This document shows, one piece after another, positions 44,117 to 58,547 of a stretch of 64,000 bases of DNA. Origin of the DNA: the human T2T-CHM13v2.0 reference genome, Homo sapiens; NCBI RefSeq assembly GCF_009914755.1, contig NC_060926.1; one strand, 5' to 3'. Numbering within the stretch: the stretch's first letter is position 1; the number at the start of each line of letters is the position of its first letter. The notes under the pieces were generated by a model. That model saw nothing but the letters and a program-made list of their open reading frames with translations, was not told the origin of the DNA and made no database searches. Made by a program: the position numbers and the translations under genes.

Positions 44117-45666
44117 ACCACTGTATTTTCTTGCAAAGCTTTTAAAGCTTGAGGAAATTTGTATTACAGTAACAAGATAAATAATTTTGTTTTAAATTTG
44201 AGTTAAAACTTTTATTTGGAAAGGTTTCATAGACAGCCTAGTTCAATTTTTTTGCACGTAATCTAACAATCTGAGTAACTCTGAGTAACACCTTTGTGTT
44301 TTTTTGTACTTTTTTTTTTTTTTTTTTTTGCTGTGGGGTATCATTAGACCATGAAGTACTGTTTTAAGTACATGTTTCTTGCCTTCTTTATCTGAAAAAT
44401 AAAAAGCTGTTGTTAATATATAAGAACAGCACTCATTAAAGAACAAAAAGTGTATATATACTATTTGTTAAAACAATTGTATTATTTAGATATAAGCTAA
44501 TGAAAATGTCATATACAAATGTAATTTCCAAAACATTTGTCAATGAATAGCAAATTGGAACACAAATGCAGACCTTCTTACTCTCATGGCCAGAGTACCA
44601 GAAACATTAATAAATCAGGAGTCAGACAACTTGAGTTCTTGGCCCAATTTTCTATTTAGTAGCAGAAAGAACTTGAGAAATAAGGATTATGAGTCACTTA
44701 AACTCTGGGTTTCCTAATCTTTTGAAACTATATTATGAGCTTCATGTGGGCAGGGATTTTATTTGTTTTGTTTATTATGCTGCTACAGAACTGTGATAAA
44801 CGAGGATTTGGACAGAAGATCTCTTCAATCTTTGCTGGTTCCAATATTCACAAAATAATAATGTGATAGTATGTGATAATATACTACACTAAAAAAGCTG
44901 TGTTTTATCTAAGAGAAAGACAGTGTTAGAAATGACAGAATGATACTTGTAGTCTTTGTTTATTTTATATAGTGCAGTGAATCCAGTTGCTCAAGGAATT
45001 GATATTTTGTTGCCAGACTGATTCAGTCTCAAAATTATTTTCACTTTGATTAGACCCTAGTAGTTTATATACATGTATATTGTAAGGTAGATACCGGCAT
45101 GTTATCCAAATTGCGATCATTTCAGTCATCACATACCAAATTATTTTTTGATATTATTCTTAGAGTTCAGATCTCCAGTTGTGGCTTGATTTGATAGCTG
45201 GCTGGAATTATGCACATTCTGAGAAGTGAACATTATCATGTATCAAGGCTGTTGACATTGACTTCTGAAAATTTTACTCAAATTTTACTCAATTTTTTAA
45301 GCCCCAAATAATTCTATATTATGTAGAGAGTGATTAACACCATGAGTTCATAAACACACACACACAAAGCATATTTCAAAACGTCAGCTAAAAATATAAA
45401 TGGATGGTTTCACTGAATTATTAACTATATAAATTTAAAATATTTTAACAAGCAAAATACCTTTTTTTCATTTTGCCATCACTGTCATAAAATGTACTTG
45501 TCAAACTTTTAAATTAAGAAACTCTATATTTTATCCCTCCTATAACCAGTCCCTTCTACATCCCCCTCCCCGACAAAATAACTACATTGAAGCTGCTCTT
45601 GTCATTTTGGGCCAATGTAAATTCCTCAATTTTTTTCAAAGAACAATAAGAAAAAAACATATATTT

Positions 45667-46165
<499 letters not shown>

Positions 46166-47002
46166 TGAAGAACCTCCTATTGTTATTATGGACACTACTA
46201 CCTTCATGATGCCCTCACATTTATGCTGGCCATTTATCATACTGATAATGCTCCGTATATTTACTGTAGGTTTTCCAAGTTAAATTTATTTGGGATATAC
46301 TGGATTGCTTTCTAGTTTATTTGGATTATTTGTATGTATGTATGTCTGGATGTCTGCTTAATTTGTTTTGCTTTTTCTTTTACCACTTGTCAAGTTTAAC
46401 CCTGCTGAGGCAAGTACAAGTGATGCCTCAACAACTGAGATTCAATCAGTCATCTTGGAAATGTGAGATCTTTATAGATTACATTGCAATATTCACTCAT
46501 GGAAAAAGTTACACAGATAATTTTTGTATTAATAAAAAGCCATACTTGAATCGTTCCTGAAAAAAAAATGGCAGCTACAACTTTAAACTCACCACAGTGA
46601 AATGATTATCACATCACCATATGAACTGACCAGCTCAGCACGTCAAGCCCAGTGTACATAGGTTTGTCTTACATATAGTTGTCTTACTTCTCCTACCTTG
46701 AGGACATTGATTACTGTTGACTTTTATATCCCAAGCTGTCTAGCATATTACCTGAAATATGGTGGTCATACAGCAACAATATTATTGTTATTATTTTAAT
46801 AAATGAATGTTTTAAAGTTAGGCAAAGCCTCAAAACATGGCATTCTAAAGGATGGCCATTTATATAGAAAGCCACGGAAATTTTAGGATGGCTAAAGATT
46901 ATTTAACCCCATTTTAAAGAGCTATTTTTATAAAATGTATTTCACTGGTTACAAGGAAATCATGCTTCCACTGTTCCATGTCTTCCCTTGTACTTTTTCT
47001 TT

Positions 47003-47149
47003 ATTTCTTTTCTTTTCTTTCTTTTTTTTTTTTTTTTGAGACGGAGTCTCACTCCATCGCCCAGGCTGGAGTGCAGTGGTGGGATCTTGGCTCACTGCAA
47101 CCTCTGCCTCCTGGGTTCAAGCAATTCTCTGCCTCAGCCTCCCGAGTAG
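47003..47149 (-). mobile_element. Severely 5'-truncated Alu (part of the right arm)
   Basis: TTTC-rich tail plus GAGACGGAGTCTC..CCCGAGTAG; TSD TACTTTTTCTTT (46991-47002 / 47151-47162). Confidence 0.92.
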
Positions 47150-47889
47150 TTACTTTTTCTTTCATTTTAAGTAAAAACAAATAGTGATTTTCAAGCTTCC
47201 ACAAGTTTCAAAGCATATGCCCTCTTTACTACATCTTTGATTTCTTAGCTTCCTCTCGAATTGCCCCCATGTCTTTGTACAAGCACTTCTTTAAAGTTGT
47301 ATGAAATGCAAATCAAAATTGAACCTTAATTTTTAAAACTTTGCACTACCTCTTTTGGCTAGAATTTCTTGTGATAATAGACTCTGAAATATATTTAAGA
47401 TGCTGACTTTTATTTTTTAACAGTAAAATTGAGTTTTTAATCACGAGGAAAATAAAACACTTATTTCAATTAAGACAATTTTTATCTAGTTAAATAATTT
47501 TCAGGTTTTTCCATTTGTTTTATTTTCTACTTTTCACATGTTCCATGTGGTTATATTTAGGTAAAAGTTAAGAAACAACGATACATAAAGAAAAAATATT
47601 TGAATTATTTATAAAACTACTTCAAAAGAATCATTTTTAAAATAAAATTGCCTTTTAAAAGGGAGAAACAGTCTGAAAAAGATTGTTTTCAACTCAACAG
47701 TTTTTCATTTTATATTCTTTACTATATTTTTTAAAGCCTAAGCCACTTATTTTATAAGATGATACTAATAACAAATCAAATTTTCATTTTATGTATCAAT
47801 TGACCTCTAAATTGAGAAATATATATATATTAACTATATTAAACCTCAAATTTTTTAGTTCACTAACTCCCTAAGCCCTGAATATTGTT

Positions 47890-48110
47890 AAGGTACTAGT
47901 TTTGGAGAAAGAACCCTTATTTTAATATCTTATTTCTGTCACTATGACCTAGGAAAGTTATATAACTCCTGTGGCCCTCTCTTCATCTGTAAAATAGAAT
48001 AATAATAGCATAAATTCATGTCTGTATTGTAGGGTAGATAAGCAAATGTATTCAAAAAGCTTAGGATGTATCTAGGACATGCTAAAGTCTCCATAAGTGT
48101 AATTATTTTA
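47890..48110 (+). mobile_element. MIR
   Basis: TATGACCTAGGAAAGTTA..CTTCATCTGTAAAATAGAATAATAATAG. Confidence 0.7.
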
Positions 48111-48509
48111 CTAATACCTATAGTTGCTTAATGGATATCTCCTGTGAAACAAGTAACTGTCTTTGACCATCTTGTTACTTCATTTTCTCATAAAGATAAA
48201 TTAATATTAAAATGAGATTTAATTAACCTTCATAGTGATAAGGTCTCCAAATTCTTTGCTTAGACATTTTGAAACATTACAACCAAAAGTAAGAACACTA
48301 AAGAGATTTCATATTTCTTGAGCCTTTACAAGTTGCCAAGCACTGTGTTAGGCACAGGCACTTTCTTATCTATCTTTCTTATTGGCACTACCCCCCATAC
48401 TGGAGTCAAAGTAATGGAGGCTCCCAGAAGTTAAGTAGCACACACTGGAGGTGACAGCAAGACTTCAAATGTCTGTCTAACTCTACAGCTAGGAATTTTT
48501 TGTAAAACA

Positions 48510-49030
48510 AGAACCAAAGAATGTCACTATCCTGCTTAACACCTTTCAATAGCTTTTCGTTGCATATAGAATACAGTGATATCCAAATGTCTTACCACCT
48601 AAATGCGGCATTTTCCCTGGTCTGTGCCTGACTTCCTAACCTCATCTTGTCTGGGCTTTCTCCTCATCATTCCAGTCATTCTGAAATGCCATGTTTGTTT
48701 TTGCCACAGCAGAAATCTAAGAATTGCTGATCTAGAATTATCTGGCCTCAGATCTTTAAATAATTGGCACCTGTGCATTATTTTTCTCAGTTCCGTCTCA
48801 CCCATACAGGATTTCCCTGGCCACCCAGTCTAAATAATGGTCTCAAGATCTGTTTTCCCCAGTGTCTCTCTAGCACATCACCTTACTTTATTTGCTTCAA
48901 AGGACGTATTGCTATCTGAGGTTGCCTTATTTTTTAAAAATAAAATTTGTTGTCTGTGTTCCCTGATAGAACATGAGCTATCTCTCCATTTCCTAGTGGC
49001 CAATATTTATTGAGTAAATGAACGAATAGA
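48510..49030 (+). mobile_element. L2 3' region
   Basis: ATGTCACTATCCTGCTTAACACCTTTCAATAGCTT..TTTCCCTGGCCACCC..AATATTTATTGAGTAAATGAA. Confidence 0.7.
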
Positions 49031-50128
49031 GCTCTATACTTACAATTATAGCATTTCTGATAACATGACAGCTCTTACCTAGCAGTTCGACTTCTTTTAT
49101 TTATGATAGCATATTGAAACTTTAAGCACATACTTTAAGTCTAGACTCATTTTATATTTTTTCATTCCATCTGACATTGTTACTTTGAGAAACAGAATTC
49201 GACAATAAAATCAACAAACAATAAACATCCAAAATTAGGACCGTAAAAATAAAACACCAAGGCTAAAACTTTTTATAAAGGCACAATTCTATTAAACCCA
49301 TAATTTATCTCTGAAAATTATATAACTTATTATAGGTTGAATATGTACAGCATATCTAAGTTTTAAGAAAATTAATATTCTTAATCTGAGATTTGAAGCA
49401 TTTGTACTCTGTGAAGAGACTTGCACAAATAAAATCTATTGAATTACTACGTTACAATATGTTAAATATTGTATTGTTAAATAATGTTACTATGTTACAA
49501 TATGTTAAAATTAAAATCTAAAGAAAGTTTGTTTATTTAAGGCAACATAAGTCAATTCCTTTGATTGATATTTTGAATTTGTATAATTGACCTCTCAACA
49601 ATTTATGTGTAACACAACAAAATTTGCATTATAAAGGACACATAGTTATTCATTTTAATAATTAGTGCTGATCAAAACTGCTATATAATCATTTGTATAT
49701 TATAAAATGAAGAACTTTTGAGGATCTGCATCTACGTTTCAAAACTTAAATAACAACCTCTGACTTCTAAACGACTTAGAAAATAACTGAAATATTATAT
49801 TATTTATGTAGTGTACTCCCAATATCAAGCATTACATTTTTAAATAAATGTTTTTTCTGCTCTTTAGTACAGATGCTGGTTTAACAATTCATGCATTAGA
49901 TATTTGGAAGTAAATTATAAATTTTATTATTATGGAGCCATTAAATAAATATGATACATTATTTTTAAATAAGTACAGAATATGTAAAATTCCATATATC
50001 TCAATGCAGTGTGACTGCTTTTTATATTGAAAATCTTATGATGACTTAATACCCGAGTGTGGTTTCAAGTTAGTGTGCTACAAGTGCTTCTGCTATTTTT
50101 GATTTTCCTTTTAGGACTTATTGGAGGA

Positions 50129-50148
50129 AGAGAGAGAGAGAGAGAGAG
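50129..50148. repeat. (AG)10 microsatellite
   Basis: Read directly from the sequence. Confidence 0.95.
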
Positions 50149-52291
50149 CATTCAGAGCGCCAGTAAAAAACAAAATCAATGCTTTGCTGCTGTTGTTGCT
50201 GTTGTTGGGCTATAAACACTCTACTTTGGTTGGTTATAATGCTACCAAAATCCACAGTACTTAATTTATCTAACCTTCTGATAGTGAATGAACAAAGGTA
50301 AAAATAACAGGCTAGTTATAAACTAGTACTATGGTGATGACATTGTGAATTATTTAAAAAGGGCATATTCAATGTGACCATAGAGCCATCAATCATAATA
50401 GACATTGATGAGAAAAAGAGGTTTCAGTCACTTCCTATCTGCAAGGAGAACAATTCTATCTCACAGGTAGCTATGAAGTGCTGGGTGACCTGATGTCACT
50501 TGCATTGTTGCTCTACCCTTTGAACGGAGAGAGTAGATTCTCTCAATATTAGAATCGAATGAGTAAATAAATTCGCAGTTCACTGCCACTTTCCTTCCGA
50601 GTGCACACTTCAATTTGTCTAACAATAGAGAGGACAGAAAAGCAGAAATCTCTTAAAGCGTGGATGAATTTTTTATGGTATGTTCAAATCCAGCTGCAAA
50701 GGATGGGGTTTTAAATGGTAGCAGACACTCTTTTAGAGGGAGCCCCAAGAGACGAAATCTTTTGGAAGGGTTTTGTATTGAATTCATTCCTTTCCACTTA
50801 CATCCGTGGCTTTTCTTCTTCTGAAGCCCTGCTTTTACTAAATTGTTCCACTATCAAGTTCACATTGATTTTTAAGATGACAAATAGAAACACTTCCTTT
50901 ATCTTTAATATACACACACACTACAGTAGAATTTCCATTTCAAATGCATAAGAACAGTTTTTAAAGTGCATGCACGTAATACTATTTTATTTGTCTGTTT
51001 CATTCAATAGGAAGATTAGGATTGCAGGAGAAGAAAGAGGTGGCTAGTTAAAACATTTTAAGAAAACACTATACTAACAAATTTAACCTCTTTCTTCTGT
51101 TCAAATATTCAGAATAATTTCATTTACCACAATCCCTCATCTCAGAGTTTTCTATTTGAAAGTTATCATGGCATGCATTAATTTACATTACCTAAATTTT
51201 TGAGTATCACATTTCCCTCATCACAGAATCCTACAAAATCCTCTGGCATTTACAAACTACAAAGCTACAAAAGTGTGCATATTTTCTTATATGCTAAAAT
51301 CTACTGCTTCATTCCAGCACATTAACATTTATGACATAAACTCAAGAATGGTATGGACGTTTTTTTACAAAGTTTTTTTTTAAATTAGAAAATGTAGATA
51401 AATAGGCTTTCCTTTTCTACCTCTATTCCTCCTTCCCTTCTGCCACCCACATTACTAACCCACTCTATTAGAGCAGAAATATGAAACATGTTTGCATTGC
51501 ATTCTGCATCTATGGCATAGTCACTTGAAGCATGTACACTATTCATTTTTATTCACATTTCCTCTCTAATATATTCTGGAAGTATATTCATCTCAATGTA
51601 ACCTCTGAAACCACTTTAAAAATGTGTACCACCACTTAATTGTTGATAACAGGTAAATCAAAGGTAAAAAGATAACTAATTAATTTTCTAGTTCAGTTTT
51701 ATTTTGCTGGTACTGTTTTCAGAAAATATAACAAAACCCCATTAGTGTTAAGGTAAGCCCATGAAACAACATAATATAATGCAAAAAAGACATTTAATAG
51801 TGTAGAGGAATGTTAAATTACTAATTAACTCCAAGTTACTGTATAAGAAAGCATAGTAATTTACAGGATTATTGCAATATGCAGCTTGGATTGCCACTAG
51901 GGTCAGCTAGGGAGCATTTCTTTCTATACCCCCCCGCCTCTTAGTGTGGTGGTTACTGTAAAAATCTTCTCACATTAAAATGCACTGTCCTACCCACAGT
52001 TCATTGCTGCTAATTAGCAGCAGTTGAGATTTTGCTAGCAGTCATTTTTTTCTGTGTTAAGCTGCCAAATGTTACCAAATGCTCAAGATTCTCCATGCAC
52101 AAAGTGTCCAGCTGCCCAGCTTGCACCACTGTGTGTGTCTTTCAGCTGTTTCCTGTCAACTTTAACACCTGTGCAAAGAAAACACTAATCAAATTATCTG
52201 TACTGGCTTTTGTTATCAGAGGGAAGGTTATCAAAAGTGTTCTGGATACTTTGGCACATGCTCATCATCTACTGCTAGAAAATCTCACTAG

Positions 52292-52296
52292 ACACA

Positions 52297-52329
<33 letters not shown>
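52292..52329. repeat. (CA)n microsatellite
   Basis: Read directly; one TA interruption. Confidence 0.95.
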
Positions 52330-54889
52330 CTTTTCATCTAAGCATCCAATTGAGACCATGGCTCTCTAAAACTTAAATCACTCCAATATCTGCCATGTCA
52401 AAGTCAAGTGTTTGCACAGTCTATTTAAACTTTTATTTAAGCAATAAGGCTTGGGAAAGTCATCTTTTAGTTTTACCTAAATATATAAGAAGAATGCCAT
52501 AACTTTGATTAATAATTGATTAAATAAACCATTCCTACATCAAAGACAGGAAGAAGAGCTGTTCGCTGAAAGGCTAGACTATCAAATAGGACTTTGTTGT
52601 CTTCAACATTGCTTTAGAACTACAGCATTACAGAGTAAGAAGAACATTAATTTTTGAGGCCTTAAATAATCACATAAAATAAAATTGGCTCCTTTTCTCC
52701 TTAATTAAACACTAGTAGTGTTAAAACACTATAAATCTAGAAATAATCACATAGCCTAATAATTTCCTGTCTATTCCATTGGCTTTATGACTAATTTATA
52801 TTTAACCTTCTTGGGAACCTACGATCAGAATGTACTTTCTTAAAAAATTGAAAGCAACTGTCATTGGTGTCTAATACCTGAGCAATAGGGAATAGGGTCT
52901 TAAAAATGTTTTAAAACTAAAAGGTGATATATAATGTATTACACTGCTTGTAAGGTTTAATAACACATAGCCACTGCTTTCTTACAATTACAGGGCAATT
53001 GATAAATACATAACTCTTTTGTTCTGATTTTCTATTTATCATGATGTATTAAAGTGATTGTGTTAAGTATATAAATGTATGCTAATATTTACATCAATAA
53101 CAGCATTACAGTAAATTTAATCAGACAACCAGACTTGAAAGGGGCAGATTTCGGCCTATATGTTATATTTGTTTCATATAATTTTTTTAAGATCTTGGTT
53201 GAAATTTTATAGTATAACTGAATTTATTTTTACTTTGTTTTTACTTAAAAAAGGGAAAAGGACTATAAAATATACCTGCGATATGAGTATAAAATTCATT
53301 GTGCTGACAGGAATGAATCCACTCAGACTATGATCAAAACTGTAGCAAAACTGTAGCCCTAGGGTAACACAGAATGAGTGTCAACTACATTTTGCTATTA
53401 AGTTTCACAAAAATCCCCTCTAGGATTTTCAATCACAATATTTGGAATCTATATTCATGTTACAGTTACAAAATAATAGCGAAGACTCATAAAAAGTATA
53501 AGAGCTTCAATTTCAGAGACATAATTTTGTGATTTAAGAAAAAATATTCTTTTAATTTTTATTTTTTATAAAAAAGGACAACTTTTGTTTAATATTCATG
53601 GCTAGCTTACTAGAGATTTATATAAAATTTCTGCTCGTATAGCATTACTCTTTTTAATATACTATTTATTCAGCCCAAATTATTAAACAAGTACAAAGAT
53701 AAGACAGTATCACTATGATTCCTGATCAAATACTTTTGGTTTCTCCTCTTTCTTTCGTTCTGTGTATATCTGCACTCGAAGACAGACAGCTGGTAGAGGA
53801 ACTTAAAAGGTTGCTTTTTAATTCACAGCAAAACAAATGATTTTATAGATACTGTTGGATAAATGTACAAAAAACATTATTTAAAGCCAATAATTGATTC
53901 TACCTGTCCAAGTACCTGATCCTTCATAAGCAAATAAATGCCTTCCGAGTATGAAGCAGGACTTTGTACAAGTTGATTAACCTCACTGAACCTCAATAAC
54001 TCAGTCTGTAAAGTGGGATTCATAATACCTAGCTTTTATTTCTGTGTAGATGAATAGTCTGTGTGAACCAGAATGGGGAGGTCTTGTACTTTCGTGATGG
54101 GTTGCATATCTTCCTGATGCAGGAGTGGCCAGACTCCATGAGCCACTGCTAGTCATGGTTGCCCTGATTTCTTCTTTATCAAATTTTGCATAGGAAGGAG
54201 TTGAACATAATAAACTCAAACTGCAGTGTAGCTCACTAAAGATGATAGGACCTCTTCTCCTCCAAAAGATACATTTTTGTGTGAAATAAGACTAATTGAT
54301 CCATTGGATGGCTGAAAAATTATCCTCTAGGTGAGTTGGATTGAGAGAAAGATTAGCTGTTTGAAATTGATGTTCCTATAGCACCACGGAAATTTCATGG
54401 AAGACTCTTACTAATAACATCATCCCTTCTTACATATATGTCTTGTAAATTTGACTTTTTAAAACACTCATGTGTTAGTCAGAAATAATTTTCTCTAAGG
54501 CGCTATTAAAATGTGACATATTATTATTTTGTGGGCTTTGAAGAGGAATTGAAAATAATTAAAAATGGCTGCTAAAAAAGTAAATATGTGTGGCATGAAG
54601 AGCCTAGAGGCAGCTGATAATCTCTAGTTGGATTACTAGCAATAAGATGTGAATATGTGGTCCTTAGGGAGAAAAGCCACTAAATAAGCTTTGATTTGTT
54701 TCCTCAAATAATGAACTTCATGTAATCCTGTATAATATGAGCTTTGGTACAATTTTGGACAGGACAATAACTAAGTAGTTACTAAAGACTTATAAAGTAG
54801 AAATAGTCTTGATTTCACTTGAAAAATAAATAGCTATGCTAGGCAGCATTAAAAAGGTGATGTATAATGAACGATGACGATGGTGTTGA

Positions 54890-55235
54890 TGGCCACCATT
54901 TGTGAAGCCCTTACCAGGTGCTAACCATTTATCATTCAACAAATAGTATGGGTTTCCTACTCTGTGCCAGACATCAGTCTAGGTGTTGAAGGAAATAGCA
55001 GTTAGCAAAACAGGCAACATTTTTGACTTCTTAGGCTTATATTCCATTGGAGGGAGAGAGGCAATAAATAATAATAAACAACTGAGATAAACAATTCCAC
55101 TGAAGTAAATATTTTAATCCCAATTTCATGGATGAGGAAACAGACAGAAAGGTTAAGTCATTTGCCTGTATTCCAAAGCTGGCATATGGCAGAGCCAGAA
55201 TCCAACCTATAGCTGTATGATTCTTTCTAGTACAT
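54890..55235 (-). mobile_element. MIR with an embedded L2 3' fragment (~54925-55090)
   Basis: CATTCAACAAATA..CCTACTCTGTGCCAGACA (L2); GATGAGGAAACAGA..AGGTTAAGTCATTTGCC..GGCAGAGCCAGAAT (MIR). Confidence 0.65.
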
Positions 55236-57140
55236 TTTGCTATGTGTCAGTAAATATACACTACAGGAAAAGAGACAGATGTGGATTTTGTTGTTTTGTG
55301 TTGGAACTAAACCATGGTTTCTTAAACAAAGACATCTCTGGCTCCATTTCTAAAGGAGGCATAGTATTTATATAGAATTTACACTGGGCACATTCAAAAG
55401 TAAAGTGCAGATATACACTGAATTGTGTTTGGAAAACAGAAGATTTATTTGGCATAGCAGAAAGTAGAAGGATATAAGAAGGAGGTAAGGTCCTTGTTGG
55501 AAGAACACGAGTGACAGATGAAAGGATCTTGACTATCCTGCCTACAATCCATAGGCATATTAAAAAAATTTAAGGTAAGTAAACCTGGTAGTTGCATTAT
55601 AGAGAGATTAATCAGGTTACTGTGAATGCACAAAAGTTGAAGAAGTAAGAGATTAGATGTCAGAGTGTCTAGTTAAAGGCCAATACAATAGTGTAAAATC
55701 AGGTTAAGTTGATTGCAGTAAAACAAACCAATTCAGAAAAAATTACAAATAACCTAACTAGAAAAAATGATTAAGGGAGAGGATTTAGGTTTAGAGGAGC
55801 AACTAAGGAGGAGTAAAAAATGATATGAGCTCAGAGCTGGAGAAGAGTGGAATTATTCATGGAAATTAGAAGGTCAGGAATGGGGCCAATTTCTAGAAGA
55901 TGTTAGGTTTTAGACGTGATGAATCTGAAATGCTCATGCTGAGTCTGAAATGCTCAGACTGTAAATCACTGGCCTATACTCTTTACTTTAGTCCATGCCC
56001 TCAGTTGCACCTTGTCTTTTCTAGCCACCTCAAAGTTCTTTCCAATAAAGGAAGGCTCTTTCACGGTTCTAACTCCCTGAAAAACCAAGTAAAGTCTTCT
56101 GATTCTTGACATGTTTTGTCTTCATCTGGAAAGTCAGATTTAATCAAACCTACTTCACTTGAATCATTTTTTATTAGTATATCAAAATCTCAACAGAGTT
56201 GTCAATAGTCAATTTTTTATTTGTGATCTTATTGCAAAAAAATCTAAAACAAAAAGGTAATAAAAATGCATGTGAAAATATCAATACCAAAACACATGAA
56301 ATATGTTTGGAGAAATAATCCTGACTTGATCCTGACTATAAAATATAGTTTCTTTTCAAATTCTGCTAACCCGGAAATATATTTACTTAGTTTTATCCAG
56401 TGTAGATAGAATATTGTACTTTGCTTTTGAAAAGAAAGGTTAATTTTGGATGAAATAGAGTAGGAAAAGTGAGAGCTGAGAATAACCAGCTTTTATCTTC
56501 TTCCTTCCCGGCCACCGAAAGAAGCCAGTGCCTGGGATTCTGAGATGCAGCCACATCATAAAGTTTCATTACTCAATTGCAGTAGAGAAAACCTCAAAGG
56601 AACCACTTCTAATGGAAACTGCCTCAATTCCTGGTCAAGTCTCACAGTCTAACGTGGAGGTGCTCTGAGGTAGGGGCAGATAGTTTTAAAAAGTTCACTT
56701 CATAAGAAGTTACAAACTAATTGTAAAGTATCTCAAAAATGATCACGATATCCCTTTTCTCTTAAGGTATATGACTAATAACTTGATATATTTTTAAGGC
56801 TCTGTAGCATAAAAATTATTTTAAAAGATCATTTAGTACTACCCTACTTTTTAAAGTAAATGCTACTGAATATAATATAAACCTTCTAATAGTTTATAAT
56901 GTCAATTCATCTTTTATTTTTTCTGAATTATTATTTAGTTCTTCATTTAATTTTTCAGGGTCAATTTATTTTTCATTTCCTTTCTGGACATATTAATTTC
57001 AGTTTTAATTTTCTACTGCCATGACTTCAAAAGGTTACTGAATTGCGTCACGTCTAATCTGTTTAGATATGGTCAAACTCTCACCACTGCTCTACGTTAG
57101 GCCTAAGTTAGGTTTAAATGGGAAGGTGGATAGTATATCC

Positions 57141-57278
57141 GGGGAGGGGGAAGGGGAGGGGGAAGGGGAGGGGGAAGGGGAGGGGGAAGGGGAGGGGGAA
57201 GGGGAGGGGGGGGAGGAGGGAGAGGGAGAGGGAGAGGGAGAGGGAGAGGGAGAGGTGGGGGAGAGAGAGAGAGAGAGG
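57141..57278. repeat. Polypurine tract (GGGGAGGGGGAA)n-(GGGAGA)n-(GA)n
   Basis: 138 nt with a single pyrimidine (T57256). Confidence 0.97.
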
Positions 57279-57545
57279 CCCAAAGTAGGAAAACTCAGGC
57301 AGGAGTTAACGTTGCAGCCTTGAGGCAGAATTTCTTTTCTAAGAAATCCTGAGTTTTGCTCTCAAGGCCTTCTACCTGATTGGATAAGCCTCATCCACAT
57401 TAAAGAGGGCAATTTCTTTTATTTAAAGTCAACTGATTATAGATGTTAACCACATCTACAAAATAAAATCACAGCAACCCCCAAGATGAGTATTTGATTA
57501 AATAACTGGGTACTATAGGCTAGCCATCCTGATGCATAAAACTAT
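57279..57545 (-). mobile_element. MLT2D-like ERVL LTR fragment
   Basis: AAACTCAGGCAGGAGTT..TTGAGGCAGAATTTCTT..TTAAAGTCAACTGATTATAGATGTTAACCACATCTACAAAATA. Confidence 0.8.
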
Positions 57546-57594
57546 TGTAGATAGATTTAACAAACTGTTTTTATGATAGTTTCATGGTTTTCAA

Positions 57595-58200
57595 AGAGTA
57601 ATTCATTTTAAAGATACTCATTGAGTGACTTTTGTGTGCCAGGCACCAGTATGAATATAAACTTAGGAATACGAAGCAGGCTAAGATAAACTCCTTGCCT
57701 TCCAAGAACTTACAGTGTTATCAGAAGATAGATATACAAATAAGTTAATATGATGCAACTTGATGAATGTTAGTTTTAAGCACAAGCAGAGGAAGATGGG
57801 AGCATAGAGAAGGGGAAATTTCTCCTGCGCAGTTAGTTCAAGAATTCTTCCTGGAGAAAGTGACCTCTGAACTAAATGTTTAGGGATTCTGTAATTTACT
57901 AAGCAATACTTACAAAAATCTGTTATGCCAGATGCAGTTCTAGGGGCTGGGATTCTATAGAAAAGATCTCAACTTTCATAAAGATACCTTCTGGGGAGGA
58001 AAGTGAGACACTAACACAAGCAAACAAATAATTAAAATCTTCAGTAGTGATGAGAGTGATGAGAGCTACTTAAAATATATCAAGGTTGTATGATTCAGCC
58101 TCCATTTTGCTATTGTAACATTTAAGCTGATACGTGGAAGACAACAAAGAAATAATGAGTAGGTGAAAGGAAATGCATTTCCAAGCTTCGGAAACAGCAA
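57595..58200 (-). mobile_element. L2 fragments (two 3' ends)
   Basis: ATTGAGTGACTTTTGTGTGCCAGGCAC..CCTTGCCTTCCAAGAACTTACAG; second copy ATGCCAGATGCAGTTCTAGGGGCTGGG. Confidence 0.6.
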
Positions 58201-58547
58201 CAGTAAAAGCAAACCAACAGTCGCAGCTAGAGCAGCATTAAAAGATTTTATTTATTTAAAATTTGCTTTTGAAAAACGCTTGATCCACTCTAATTGTCAT
58301 ATTTTATTTACATTAAATTTAAATATTAAATAATACTTTAGTGTAATTTAAATTCACCTCCTTGGTCTTAATAGTAACTGTGCTTTATTTCTTGTCTCCC
58401 ATCTTCTTTATACTCTTCTTAAGATATCACATGTATATGTGAATTTGCTATAACTGACTTACAAATTTTTAAGTAACGGGGAGTCTTTTTACCTGGTGCA
58501 GTTTAAGAACCCATTAAACACAAAGTACTGAATAACTGAAGAATGGA

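Noticed and set aside
52032-52376. 114-aa ORF
   Set aside because: Non-ATG start, runs through the (CA)n repeat, no recognisable domain.
54310-54336. TAG|GTGAGT as a + strand recursive splice site
   Set aside because: The pyrimidine tract is only about 9 nt and is preceded by an A-run; too weak.
57069-57323. ORF with a Gly-Glu repeat resembling RPGR ORF15, and the antisense Ser-Pro ORF
   Set aside because: These are translations of the purine tandem repeat; the ORF is short and runs into an MLT2 LTR.
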